Source: a virus
Taxonomy: Duplodnaviria; Caudoviricetes
IMG/VR virus record: IMGVR_UViG_2912765049_000001
Location: 64,001 to 128,000 of that record
Direction: 5' to 3' (one strand)
DNA length: 64,000 bases
A program made the translations under genes and the position numbers. This document shows positions 9,669-18,788 of the stretch, in pieces. The notes beneath the pieces were generated by a model. It saw only the letters and a program-made list of their open reading frames with translations, was not told the origin of the DNA and ran no database searches. The first letter of the stretch is position 1, and each line of letters starts with the position of its first letter.

Positions 9669-10295
9669 TCAGCCGCGCCCGACCGCGACGAGCGCCTCGG
9701 CCAGGGCGGACTGGACGGCACCGACGTACGCCTGGAAGGCGGCCGTACGGTTGCCGCGGTTCCCACGGGACAGGTCACCGCCGACGAAGAACGCCGCCCG
9801 CTGAGCGGTGCTGATCTCCAATTGCACGCCCGCCTTGCGGGTGTTCTGATTGCAGATGTTCTCCGGGGCGCCGCCGTCGAGCTCCGGGGAAGCGAGCTGC
9901 ACCACGAACCCCGCCTGGGACAGCGCCAGCCCCACGCGGTCGCGCAGCGGGTAGTCCAGGCCGCCGAGGTTCGTCAGCGGCGCGGTCCCGGCGCAGCCGT
10001 GCCAGGACACGGTGTGCGTGGCCGCCCGGGCGAGCGCCAGGGCGTTGGGCTCGTCGAAAGCGGTGCTGGTGATGTGCAGCTCGGCGTTGCCCGACGCCTT
10101 CATGCCGTCGAAGACGTACAGGTCGTGGATCCCGCTGGCCGCGGCCTCAGCGAGTTCGCCCGTTCCCTGCTCGATGCCGCCGCCGTGGATGGCCAGGTGG
10201 AGCAGCGTGGAGACGGGCGACCTGCGCCAGTTGCGCTGGTAGTCGAGCCCCTCGAGGTGCTCGTGGGCCAGGTCCGTGTACGAGGTGTACGGCAT
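9669..10295 (-). CDS. Poly-gamma-glutamate hydrolase (phage PghP-like Zn peptidase)
   Basis: AIHGGGIEQGT, LHITSTAFDEP, VSWHG, NICN, GVQLEIS motifs. Confidence 0.88.
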   Translation of the reverse strand: MPYTSYTDLAHEHLEGLDYQRNWRRSPVSTLLHLAIHGGGIEQGTGELAEAAASGIHDLYVFDGMKASGNAELHITSTAFDEPNALALARAATHTVSWHGCAGTAPLTNLGGLDYPLRDRVGLALSQAGFVVQLASPELDGGAPENICNQNTRKAGVQLEISTAQRAAFFVGGDLSRGNRGNRTAAFQAYVGAVQSALAEALVAVGRG

Positions 10296-10323
10296 GAGTC
10301 GCGGGGCTCCTTCGGGTGGGTGG

Positions 10324-10560
10324 TCAGTGGCCCAGGACGGCCCAGACGAGGGCGCCCAGGGCGATGAGCACGCTGAGGGCGGGCAGCGGCCAGCGGGTGC
10401 GCTCGAGCGCGGCGACCCGCTCTTCGAGTTCCTCGACCGCCTTGTCGGTCTGGTCCGAGCGCTGCACGAGCAGGGCCAGCTGGCCGTCGATGCGCGCGAG
10501 CCCGACTTCGAGGGCGCGCCGGAGTTCGGCCAGCTCCAGGGCGACGTCTCCGTCGGGCAC
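10324..10560 (-). CDS. Small coiled-coil protein with a C-terminal TM helix (lysis cassette accessory protein)
   Basis: Heptad-rich N-terminus and hydrophobic WPLPALSVLIALGALVW; directly downstream of the holin. Confidence 0.7.
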   Translation of the reverse strand: MPDGDVALELAELRRALEVGLARIDGQLALLVQRSDQTDKAVEELEERVAALERTRWPLPALSVLIALGALVWAVLGH

Positions 10561-10574
10561 GGCGTACTCCTAGG

Positions 10575-10829
10575 TCAGAGGCGGGCGGTGGGGTCGGACT
10601 TGGCCGGCAGCCACGAGGCGGTGCCGATCTGGCCGAGGCGGGTGCCGATGGCGCCCTTGACGACGGTCAGCGCGGCGGGGAGCGCCGCGACGGAGGCGGT
10701 CTGCAGCACGGACAGGTCGACGATGTCGGTGACCGCTCCGGCGAGCAGGAGGCCGAGGAACGCCTCGACGTAGGTCAGGACGGTGCGCTCGGCGACGTCG
10801 GCGAGGGCCTTGCGGGCGGACTGGGGCAT
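10575..10829 (-). CDS. Holin (r1t-like)
   Basis: MPQSARKALADVAERTVLTYVEAFLGLL, two TM segments, follows the endolysin; true start lies inside the longer track ORF. Confidence 0.8.
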   Translation of the reverse strand: MPQSARKALADVAERTVLTYVEAFLGLLLAGAVTDIVDLSVLQTASVAALPAALTVVKGAIGTRLGQIGTASWLPAKSDPTARL

Positions 10830-10849
10830 GGGTGAACTCCCTTGGGATG

Positions 10850-12052
10850 TCAGGTGGTTGCGGTGAAGGCGTGCCGGGCGGCCAGCCGCTTGAGCGAGGC
10901 GAGGCCGGGGACGCCGTCGGCGGCGGAGCCGGTGTAGGAGCCGCCGGCCTTGCTGCGCTGCCAGGCGGCGTACGCGGTGACGGTCTTGGAGCCGAAGGAG
11001 CCGTCGGCGAACTCGCGCTTCAGGAGGCCCTCGGCGACCAGGGCGTCCTCGACGATGCGGACCTCGGTCGGGTAGGTGGTGTGTCCCTCGGCGGCCGGGA
11101 CGTCCTTCTTCGCCGCGGCGACCAGGTGGGCCACGCTGACCTTTGGCTTGGCCGGGGTGGGCGCCGGGTCGGCCGGGGCGGTCGCCTTGTACAGGACCTT
11201 GACCGTGCTGATCGCGCCCGGGTCCTGGTGGTCGTTGCCCGGAACGTCGCCGTGCGAGAAGTGGCCGCCCTTGGACTGCCAGACGCTGCGCGAGCGCGCC
11301 TTGCCCGCCCCCGGGTACTTCGCCGGGGGCCCGGCCGGGAAGACGTCCGGCACGCCCCAGGAGCGGGCCGCGGACAGGATCTTCTGCCAGCCCGGCTTCT
11401 TCGCCGGGTCCCAGCCGTTGGTCCACGGGCTCTTGGCGTAGCCGAGGACCTCGATCTGGATGCAGACGCGTCCCTCGCGATTGGTGCGGCGGGTGCCGTC
11501 GTTGCGCAGCGCCCGGCCGCTCTGGTTGAGCGGGCCGAACTGCCCGACCCGGTCGGTCACGGGGCAGTAGATGAGCTGCGGTTCGGAGGCGACCCGGATC
11601 AGGTACGAGCCGACCGACTCGAGGTACTTGCCGCCGGCCGGGGACTCGGTGCTGTGGTGCACGACCCGCGGGGGGTTGCCAGGGGTGTCCATCGCGCCGC
11701 CGATGGACCCGTCGCCGAGCCGGATCGCGCCGGAGATCCACACGGTGCCGGTGGCACCTCGCGGCAGCTCGTCCGCACCGGGCAGGTCGCCGGTGAGCGC
11801 GCCGACGGCCGGTTCGGGGTCCGGGCGCCGGATGATGAACGGCTCGGCACCCACCGGCTCGTACCAGTCCAGGTCACCGTCGTCGCGCAGCACGAACACG
11901 GTGCCCGGGCGACTGGAGTGCTCCCGGGTGAAGCGCGGCACGGTGTCGATCTCGGCGATGGCGCGGGCGGTGTCGACGTGCGCCTGGTCGACCTCGCCGC
12001 AGTAGGTGACGGACTGGTTGGGGTGAACGACGGCAGCGTGGTAGGTGGGCAT
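10850..12052 (-). CDS. Endolysin, N-acetylmuramoyl-L-alanine amidase with a C-terminal peptidoglycan-binding domain
   Basis: VVHHSTES, IQIEVLG, HFSHGDVPGNDHQDPG; C-terminal ADGSFGSKTVTAYAAWQ and ADGVPG. Confidence 0.88.
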   Translation of the reverse strand: MPTYHAAVVHPNQSVTYCGEVDQAHVDTARAIAEIDTVPRFTREHSSRPGTVFVLRDDGDLDWYEPVGAEPFIIRRPDPEPAVGALTGDLPGADELPRGATGTVWISGAIRLGDGSIGGAMDTPGNPPRVVHHSTESPAGGKYLESVGSYLIRVASEPQLIYCPVTDRVGQFGPLNQSGRALRNDGTRRTNREGRVCIQIEVLGYAKSPWTNGWDPAKKPGWQKILSAARSWGVPDVFPAGPPAKYPGAGKARSRSVWQSKGGHFSHGDVPGNDHQDPGAISTVKVLYKATAPADPAPTPAKPKVSVAHLVAAAKKDVPAAEGHTTYPTEVRIVEDALVAEGLLKREFADGSFGSKTVTAYAAWQRSKAGGSYTGSAADGVPGLASLKRLAARHAFTATT

Positions 12053-12061
12053 GGCTCCTCG

Positions 12062-12880
12062 TCAGGCGTGGAGTTGGATCGCGTCGATCTGCTCGCGCAA
12101 CGCGACGTAGGTGGACAGGCGCAGGAAGAAGTCGCCGTCGTGCCCCCAGCTGGGGCTCCAGGAGTTGCGCAGCCGCAGCACGGTGCGCTCCGGGATCACG
12201 CGGCCGTCCGGGTACTGGGCGACGTCCTCGAGGCCGATGGCGCACACCTCGTGGCCGCCGGCGAGCCCGGAGGTGCGCCAGTACGGGACGGCGTCGACGA
12301 AGCCGTCGCGGCCGGGGGTGAACCAGGCGTTGAACCAGGGCAGGCCGAGCAGGACCGGTCCGTCCTGCAGGGCGGCGGCGAGGGCGTCGGCGTCCAGGGC
12401 GTGGGTGTAGGAGCCGATCAGACCGCGGGCCTTGAGGGCACGGGCAGTACCGAGGCCGGAGCTGCCGCTGTCGGCGGGCGGCCACTGGTAGGGCACGAAC
12501 TCGTCGAGCGCGGTCGCCTCGGTGTACAGGCCGATCGCCCACCGTTCGGCCTGCGCCGCGTCGTTGGTGGGCAGCCCGGCGTGTGCGAGGGCGTCGGGGG
12601 CGAGCAGCACGGACAGGGCCACGGCTGCGGCGTTCGCCGTGCACGAGCCGAGCGCGTCGACGTCCGGGGCGCCGGGCACGATGGTGGAGGTGCGGATGCT
12701 CTGGCTGTAGAGGTCCTGCTGGTTCAGCACCGGGATGGCAGGCTGCCAGTGGACGGGCCGCAGGGCCTCGCCGCGGTGGCGCCGGACGTGGGCCAGCGAG
12801 CGGGCGTCGAGGACTTGGTGGCGGCCGAGCGCCGGGTGTGGGGTGTAGTGGCGTACGAGAACGCCGTGTGTGATGGGCAC
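12062..12880 (-). CDS. Papain-like (C1) cysteine peptidase
   Basis: Triad motifs LGSCTANA, GGHEVC and LRNSWSPSWGHDG. Confidence 0.8.
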   Translation of the reverse strand: MPITHGVLVRHYTPHPALGRHQVLDARSLAHVRRHRGEALRPVHWQPAIPVLNQQDLYSQSIRTSTIVPGAPDVDALGSCTANAAAVALSVLLAPDALAHAGLPTNDAAQAERWAIGLYTEATALDEFVPYQWPPADSGSSGLGTARALKARGLIGSYTHALDADALAAALQDGPVLLGLPWFNAWFTPGRDGFVDAVPYWRTSGLAGGHEVCAIGLEDVAQYPDGRVIPERTVLRLRNSWSPSWGHDGDFFLRLSTYVALREQIDAIQLHA

Positions 12881-13099
12881 CGACTGGTCCGCTTCTCCCC
12901 CGCGCCCCAGATGGGCTTGGCCACCGGCCCGCGCACGGCGGATTCGGATGGCTCCCTCGGGGGTGTGGTGCGGACCGCGAAGCGGTGGCGTGTGGGCGGA
13001 GGGTCGCCCGCAGGTGCCGTGATCAATGATAGGTGCGGTCCCGCGCGGGCCCGGCCCGCGTGCCCGTGCCGTCCGGACTGCCCGCGGGCCGGGAGCCGT

Positions 13100-14094
13100 T
13101 CAGGTTCCGTCGATCAGGCGCTCGGCCAGGTACGGCGACCAAGTGCCCGCCGTGATGCCCTGGCCGATTCCGCAGGAGCCGTCCGAGTCGCCGGGGTACT
13201 TCACCCACAGCAGGTAGTCGGCGCCCGCGACGCCGATCGAACTGGGCACGCCCAGGCGTCGTCCGGCGGGGTTGCACCAGTCGACGTGCTGCCCGACCTC
13301 GTTCATGGCGCCGTTGCCGTTGCGGGCGGTGTCCACGACGAAGCCCTTGTTGGGCACCCCGAGGCGGGCGAGTTCGGCGGTGATCTGGGAGGCATAGGTG
13401 CAGCACACGTCGACGGCGTCGAAGTTGGCGACGTTGACCGCGAAGCCGCGGACCTGGGCGACGCCGGCGTCCTTCAGGCGGGCGGCGATCTCCGGCGGGC
13501 GGATCCAGGTGGCGTTGCCGCCGTCGAGGTAGACGGTGGTGGCGGGACGCGCGGCGAGGGCCTGCGCGGCATAGGCGACCAGGGCGGTGCGTTCGGCGCG
13601 GGCCGCGTCCGAGGGGAGGTTGCCGAGCTGGGCCAGGGAGTCGGGCTCGAGGATCACCAGGGCCGGGCGGTCGCCGATGCCAGCCGCGGCGGCGTCGATC
13701 CATGTCCGGTAGGCGTCCGGGGACGGCGAACCGCCGGAGCTCTGCCCGCCGTTGTCGCGGTTGAACATGTTGTACAGGGCGACGATGGGCATCTGTCCGT
13801 GGGCGGCGGCTGCGGCGACGTATGCGTCGAGGTCGGCCTGGATGTCCTTGTTCCAGTCGCCGAACCAGCGGGCGCCCGGGCGGCGGGCGATGGACCGCTC
13901 GAGCTTCTTGGCGCGCGGGTCGTCCGGGTTCAGCGTCAGCCACTTGGCGGCGTTGGAGTCGGGGTCGACGTAGAAGCCCTCCTTCACGGTCGAGCAGGTC
14001 AGCCGGACCTCGGTGAGGTAGACGGTGACGGCGCTGGACTGTCCGAGCTGGAAGGAGAGCTGGCCGGCGGTCGTCATCGTGGAGGTGAAGCTGA
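13100..14094 (-). pseudogene. 3' part of the interrupted CBM4-GH6 cellulase (GH6 catalytic domain)
   Basis: FYVDPDS, ILEPDSL, YLDGGN, VVDTARNG, WCNP, WVKYPGDSDG; rejoins 18439..18772 in frame once the insertion is removed. Confidence 0.88.
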
Positions 14095-14118
14095 GAAGCT
14101 GTTTCAGAACCGGAGATC
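14095..14118 (+). repeat. Left terminal inverted repeat
   Basis: GAAGCTGTTTCAGAACCGGAGATC; imperfect match extends to about 42 bp. Confidence 0.92.
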
Positions 14119-14334
14119 CGTGACGTTCTGTAACGGATGGCAGAGTCGTTCCGCTGTGTGTCGGGTATGGGGGCGTGTTCGCGCATAAGCGGGCAAGCCC
14201 GCACACGAAGCGGGGTATTTTCTGTCGTTTGTGGTGACCTGGGGGCGGGCGGCGGAGCGTGGAAGGTCTACGCGGGCCGGAGCGGTGGTGGCCGGTGAAG
14301 TGCCGGCCTTTTCGGGCCCCTGGGAGCGTGTGCC

Positions 14335-15270
14335 ATGGTCCAGACCGTCGGCAGTGTGCCGTGCGAGCGTTTCGATGATCTGGTGGACCAGTCAGTGAAG
14401 CTGGTCCGAGTGATGACGGGCTGCCAATTCGCACTCGGAGACTTCGCGCTGGAGATCGCGCCGCTGCGTACGCACGGCGGGAACATGGCGCTGGGGGAGG
14501 GCGAGGAGCAGGGGGTGGAGGACTCCTTACGCCTCTTCGCCGAGGAGATAGGACTGTCCTTCCACACGGTGCGGACGTATCGGTGGGTGGCCGCGCGGTG
14601 GCCGAAGAATCAGCGCCAGGAGGGCGTCTCCTTCGAGGTGCACCGGATCTTGGCGTCGGCGCCGGACGCGTACGAGTTGATCCAGCATCCTCCAGTCAAT
14701 GAACGGACGGGCCACTCCGAGTGGAGCGGGGACGCGGCGAAGCGAGCGGCGGGATGGGCGACCGCGACACCGGTGACGGCGGCGGAGAAGGTCGAGGCCA
14801 TCCGGGACCTTGCGCAGGACGAGGCGGTGGCTGCCCAGGCGGCATGTGACCTGCTGCACCGGCCTGAGGTGGCCTTCAAGGCGATGCGGGACCGGCAGGC
14901 CCGTGAGCTGGTCAATCAGGCCCAGTTCGATCAGGCCGAACTCGTCGAGGAAGGAGACGAGGAGGAGGCATGGTGGGACGAGAACGACGCTGGGGAGGAG
15001 GACGGCGTTGTTGATCCCGTCGCGATCGTGCGGGGTTTCCACCGGGCTATGGAGTTCACCGACTTGATCGGTGTCTGTCAGGGCTTCGTCGCCGGGGCGA
15101 GCCGGCTGGTTCCCCGACTGCGGGGACGGGAGTTCTCCGAATCCCAACTCGCGCTGGTCGCACGGCATTTAGAGAAGATCCGGGCGACGGCGGACTGGAT
15201 CGAGACGGCGGTGTCCACCGGGAAGGTGGACCTGGATGAGGCCCTGGCCGAGCTGCTGAGGGACAGGTAG
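14335..15270 (+). CDS. DUF6192 / RacO-like protein
   Basis: QFALGDFALEIAP...FAEEIGLSFHTVRTYRWVAARWP...GVSFEVHRILA pattern; two TTA codons (14527, 15169). Family call from memory. Confidence 0.65.
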   Translation: MVQTVGSVPCERFDDLVDQSVKLVRVMTGCQFALGDFALEIAPLRTHGGNMALGEGEEQGVEDSLRLFAEEIGLSFHTVRTYRWVAARWPKNQRQEGVSFEVHRILASAPDAYELIQHPPVNERTGHSEWSGDAAKRAAGWATATPVTAAEKVEAIRDLAQDEAVAAQAACDLLHRPEVAFKAMRDRQARELVNQAQFDQAELVEEGDEEEAWWDENDAGEEDGVVDPVAIVRGFHRAMEFTDLIGVCQGFVAGASRLVPRLRGREFSESQLALVARHLEKIRATADWIETAVSTGKVDLDEALAELLRDR

Positions 15271-15272
15271 CC

Positions 15273-15689
15273 ATGAAACGGCGGGCGGGACTGCCCGCTC
15301 ATGTTCACGGCGAAGCCGTACGCAAAGCCCTGCAAGAGGCACGTCCTGCCGGGCTGCACCTGAAACAGCTGGTCAAAGCTACCAAGTGCACCCCCGCCCA
15401 GGTCTGGACGGGCATCCGGTTCCTGCGGAAGATCGCGGTCAAGGAAGGACTGCCGCCGGTGACCTTCAACCGCCGGGACGGGTTCCAGCTGTCCGAGGAG
15501 CCCGAGGTGTGGATCGCTTACGAACGCGCGATCTTCGGGGCCGAGCTGCATCGCATCACGAATTTCATCACCGGGATCGTCGCCCCGCACGCCAAGCGCA
15601 CCCCCGAGGACGAGTGGGCCCGCCTGGTCCTGGAACAGCTCGGCGGGGTCAAGGCCACCCTGGAAGTCCTCACCCGCATGGAACGCTGA
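15273..15689 (+). CDS. RacP-like small protein (predicted winged-helix N-terminus)
   Basis: Starts 2 nt after the upstream stop; PAGLHLKQLVKATKCTPAQVWTGIRFLR. Confidence 0.6.
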   Translation: MKRRAGLPAHVHGEAVRKALQEARPAGLHLKQLVKATKCTPAQVWTGIRFLRKIAVKEGLPPVTFNRRDGFQLSEEPEVWIAYERAIFGAELHRITNFITGIVAPHAKRTPEDEWARLVLEQLGGVKATLEVLTRMER

Positions 15690-15690
15690 G

Positions 15691-16653
15691 ATGACCTGCC
15701 CGAACGAGACCCGACCGCCAGCCGTGCGCGAGCGGCGCTACCCCAGCGACACTACGGACGCCGAATGGGCCGTCCTCGAACCGCTGCTGCCCGTCCCGGC
15801 CTGCCGGCTTCCCGCGGGCGGGCGCCCGGAGAAGCATTCGCGCCGCAACGTGGTCGATGCCATACGGTATGTGAACGACAATGGGTGCAAGTGGAGGGCC
15901 GTTCCCGTCGACTTCGGGATCCCCTGGCGCACGGTCTACGGGTTTTTCCAGCGATGGCGGGCGAGCGGAGACCTGGCCCGCATCCACGCCGAACTGCACC
16001 AGAAAGTCCGCGTTCACGACGGCCTCAATCCCCACACCGTCGCGGTGATCCTGGACTCCCAGTCCGTCAAGGGCGCCGAGACGGTGAGCCAGGACACCCG
16101 CGGCTTCGACGGCGGAAAGCTCATCAATGGCAGGAAGCGGCACCTGGCCGTAGACATGCGCGGCATGGCGCTCGCCGTCATGGTCACCCCTGCCGCCCCG
16201 CACGACAGTATCCCCGCCCGCGACCAGCTCTTCCGCCTGCGCCTGACCCATCCCGAACTCGCCGTCGCCTGGGCGGACTCCGCCTACGGCGGAACCCTCA
16301 TCGACTGGTCTCACTCCTTCCTCGGCATCACCCTCAAGACGGTGCCCCGCCGCAAAGACCAGGACGGCTTCGCCGTCCTCGCGAAGAGGTGGCGCGTCGA
16401 GCGGGCCATCTCGTGGATCATGAGAGCCAGGAGAAACGTCCGCGACTACGAGCGGCTCATCTCCCACAGCGAGGCCCACATCACCTGGACCTTCATCACC
16501 CTCATGGTCCGCCGCCTCACCCACCCTCCCCGGCCACCCCGCACGTCACCACACCCCGTCGAACCGGTCGAGACGAGCGCCGACAAGCCCAAGCCCATAC
16601 GCCTGCGGAAGCCGTCGAACACCATCCGCCTCGCCCCAGCTGCTCTGAGCTGA
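15691..16653 (+). CDS. IS5-family transposase (IS1031-like)
   Basis: YPSDTTDAEW, ILDSQSVK, GRKRHLAVD, WADSAY, RWRVERAISW DDE motifs. Confidence 0.93.
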   Translation: MTCPNETRPPAVRERRYPSDTTDAEWAVLEPLLPVPACRLPAGGRPEKHSRRNVVDAIRYVNDNGCKWRAVPVDFGIPWRTVYGFFQRWRASGDLARIHAELHQKVRVHDGLNPHTVAVILDSQSVKGAETVSQDTRGFDGGKLINGRKRHLAVDMRGMALAVMVTPAAPHDSIPARDQLFRLRLTHPELAVAWADSAYGGTLIDWSHSFLGITLKTVPRRKDQDGFAVLAKRWRVERAISWIMRARRNVRDYERLISHSEAHITWTFITLMVRRLTHPPRPPRTSPHPVEPVETSADKPKPIRLRKPSNTIRLAPAALS

Positions 16654-16965
16654 CACATCTTGCGGCCGGTGTCACTCCGAGATCCGGGTGGCTAGCAGAT
16701 CTGTCTTCATCGGTGCCACTCGGGGCAATTCCGTGTGCGCGCAAACCCACTGCCAACGGGTCGCCGTTGCGGAGGACCGGTACCCGAGGGGACAATGCGT
16801 GGAGGTGCCGGGTGGTCATCCCGGCGAAGTGTTGGAGGCGCTGCTTGTGAACACCGCATCGCGGTGCGCCTCGCTGTGCGCGCCAGACGCTGACCACTTC
16901 GCTTCGCCCACCGGCTGACCTGCTTCGTTCGCGGTGGGCGCTTCCTCTTATGGGAGACCACCGTA

Positions 16966-18267
16966 GTGCCCGAAGACTTCTTGACGGGTGATCGCCGTCC
17001 TCTGACAACGGTTCTTGGCGCCAACTTCGTTTCGATCACTGGGAATTGCCTCACGTACATGGGCGTGCCGTGGTTTGTGCTGCAGAGCACGGACAGTGCC
17101 GCCAAGGTGGGGATCGTCGCGTTCTGCACACTGCTGCCCGTAGTGCTTGCTGCGCTCGTCGGTGGTCCGGTCATCGACCGGATCGGGCGACGGCGGGTGA
17201 GTGTCGCCTCGGATCTCGCCTGCGGGGTTGCCGTTGCGGCGATCCCGCTGCTGCAGTTCGCCGGCATCCTGCATTTCTGGATGCTGTGCGTGCTGATGGC
17301 GATGACCGGGCTGTTCCGTTCGCCGGGTGAGACTGCCCGCGGAGTGCTGTTGCCCACGCTCGCCGAACGCGCCGCAATGCCGCTGACCAGGGCCGCCGGG
17401 TTGTACGACGGTGCGGCACGCTGTGCGGCGCTGACTGGATCCGCTCTCGGAGGTGTGCTGATCGCCGTACTCGGTGCCGAGAATGTCCTGTTGGTGGATG
17501 CCGCGACCTTCGCTGTGGCCGCGCCGCTGTTCGCGTTCGGGGTGCGCGGTCTGCCTGAGGCGCAGGCCCGACGGCGGGTCGAGCCCGCGTCGTTGCGTGC
17601 CTACCGTCGTGAACTCGCGGAAGGGTATCGCTTCGTGGCGGCCACGCCGTTGCTGTTGGGCCTGTGCCTGATGACGCTGGTCACCCGGGGGCTCGATCAG
17701 GGATGGAGCGCCGTGCTCCTCCCGGTGCATGCCCGTGAGAAGCTTGATGGTTCCATCGATCTCGGTCTGCTGAACGCGGCGTTTGGTATCTGCGCACTCA
17801 CGGGGGCGCTGGTCTACGGTGCGGTGGGCAGCCGGTTTCGGCGGTGGCCGGTGTTCACGGTTGCGTTTCTCATCGTAGGCCTGCCGCGCTTCGTGGTGGC
17901 CGCCTTCACCGACACCTTCGGGCCACTGGCCGTGATCATGGCGGTTGAGGGCCTCGCTTGCGGTGTGCTCAACCCCATCATGGCCACCGTGACGTATGAG
18001 ACGGTGCCGGAGGCACTGCGCAGCCGGGTGCTGAGTGCGACGACAGCCTCGGTCCAGCTGGTCACTCCGCTGGGCGGACTGGCTGCGGGCTTCCTCGTGG
18101 ACTCGGTCGGCCTGCCCTCCACGCTGCTGACGATCGGGGGTGTGTACCTGCTCGCCACGCTGTGCCCGGTGATCTTCCCGGCCTGGAGACAAATGGACAG
18201 TACCGGCTCTCCCCACGACAGGGCGGAGGGCTCGCTGCCGCAGAGTTCGGGGTCGAAGCGGGTGTAG
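16966..18267 (+). CDS. MFS transporter, DHA3/Tap-like efflux pump (transposon passenger)
   Basis: About 12 hydrophobic segments, motif A GPVIDRIGRRR, VPWFVLQST, VPEALRSRV. Confidence 0.88.
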   Translation: MPEDFLTGDRRPLTTVLGANFVSITGNCLTYMGVPWFVLQSTDSAAKVGIVAFCTLLPVVLAALVGGPVIDRIGRRRVSVASDLACGVAVAAIPLLQFAGILHFWMLCVLMAMTGLFRSPGETARGVLLPTLAERAAMPLTRAAGLYDGAARCAALTGSALGGVLIAVLGAENVLLVDAATFAVAAPLFAFGVRGLPEAQARRRVEPASLRAYRRELAEGYRFVAATPLLLGLCLMTLVTRGLDQGWSAVLLPVHAREKLDGSIDLGLLNAAFGICALTGALVYGAVGSRFRRWPVFTVAFLIVGLPRFVVAAFTDTFGPLAVIMAVEGLACGVLNPIMATVTYETVPEALRSRVLSATTASVQLVTPLGGLAAGFLVDSVGLPSTLLTIGGVYLLATLCPVIFPAWRQMDSTGSPHDRAEGSLPQSSGSKRV

Positions 18268-18414
18268 TCACGCTGATGGCCGTTTCGGCGCTGCTCACAA
18301 ACACTTGACGTCGGTGCTCCCCGTCGCGTGATCAGGCGGGGGGCCTTGTCCTCTTCGGTGAGCCGCAGGCGCCAGACCAGGTCCTATATCAGGCGCCAGT
18401 CACGGAACGTGACA

Positions 18415-18438
18415 GATCTCCGGTTCTGAAACAGCTTC
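18415..18438 (-). repeat. Right terminal inverted repeat
   Basis: GATCTCCGGTTCTGAAACAGCTTC, exact reverse complement of 14095-14118. Confidence 0.92.
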
Positions 18439-18772
18439 TGAACACGAAGTGGGTGTCCGCGGTCGGCAGGCTGAGCTGCTTCTCCAGGACCGGCGTCCAG
18501 GGGTCGACTCCCATGCCGACCTTGGCGGCCATGGCGGTGCCGTCCTGCGAGGCCCGGGCCGTGAACGAGAGGGTGTAGCGGCAGCCCGCCCGCAGGGGGA
18601 TGCCGTCCTGGCCAAACACGGCGTCCCACAGGTTCGCGGCGTCCGTGCTCGCGGTGGCCTCGAGGCCGGCCGTTCCGGCGGTGATGGTGACCATGGCGGC
18701 GTTGCCCGACCACCAGCCGGTCGTGCCGTTGGTGAACGACCCGTTGGTGATGAGGTCTCCGTACGCGGGCAC
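18439..18772 (-). pseudogene. 5' part of the interrupted cellulase (CBM4/9 carbohydrate-binding module)
   Basis: LITNGSF..GTTGWW, NLWDAVFGQ, YTLSFTARAS; AAGGAGG RBS; no signal peptide. Confidence 0.85.
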
Positions 18773-18788
18773 AGGGAAGCCCCTCCTT

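Larger units (their letters stand above)
14095..18438 (+). mobile_element. 4344-bp IS5-family cargo transposon
   Basis: Perfect 24-bp terminal inverted repeats GAAGCTGTTTCAGAACCGGAGATC, TGA duplicated at 14092-14094 and 18439-18441, DDE transposase inside, target gene restored on excision. Confidence 0.93.

Noticed and set aside
14095-14434. N-terminus of the 444-aa GH6 ORF in the track
   Set aside because: It is read from transposon sequence; the true N-terminus is at 18772
16654-16965. ncRNA or small gene between the transposase and the MFS gene
   Set aside because: No convincing RBS, codon bias or structure by eye; a covariance-model search would be needed
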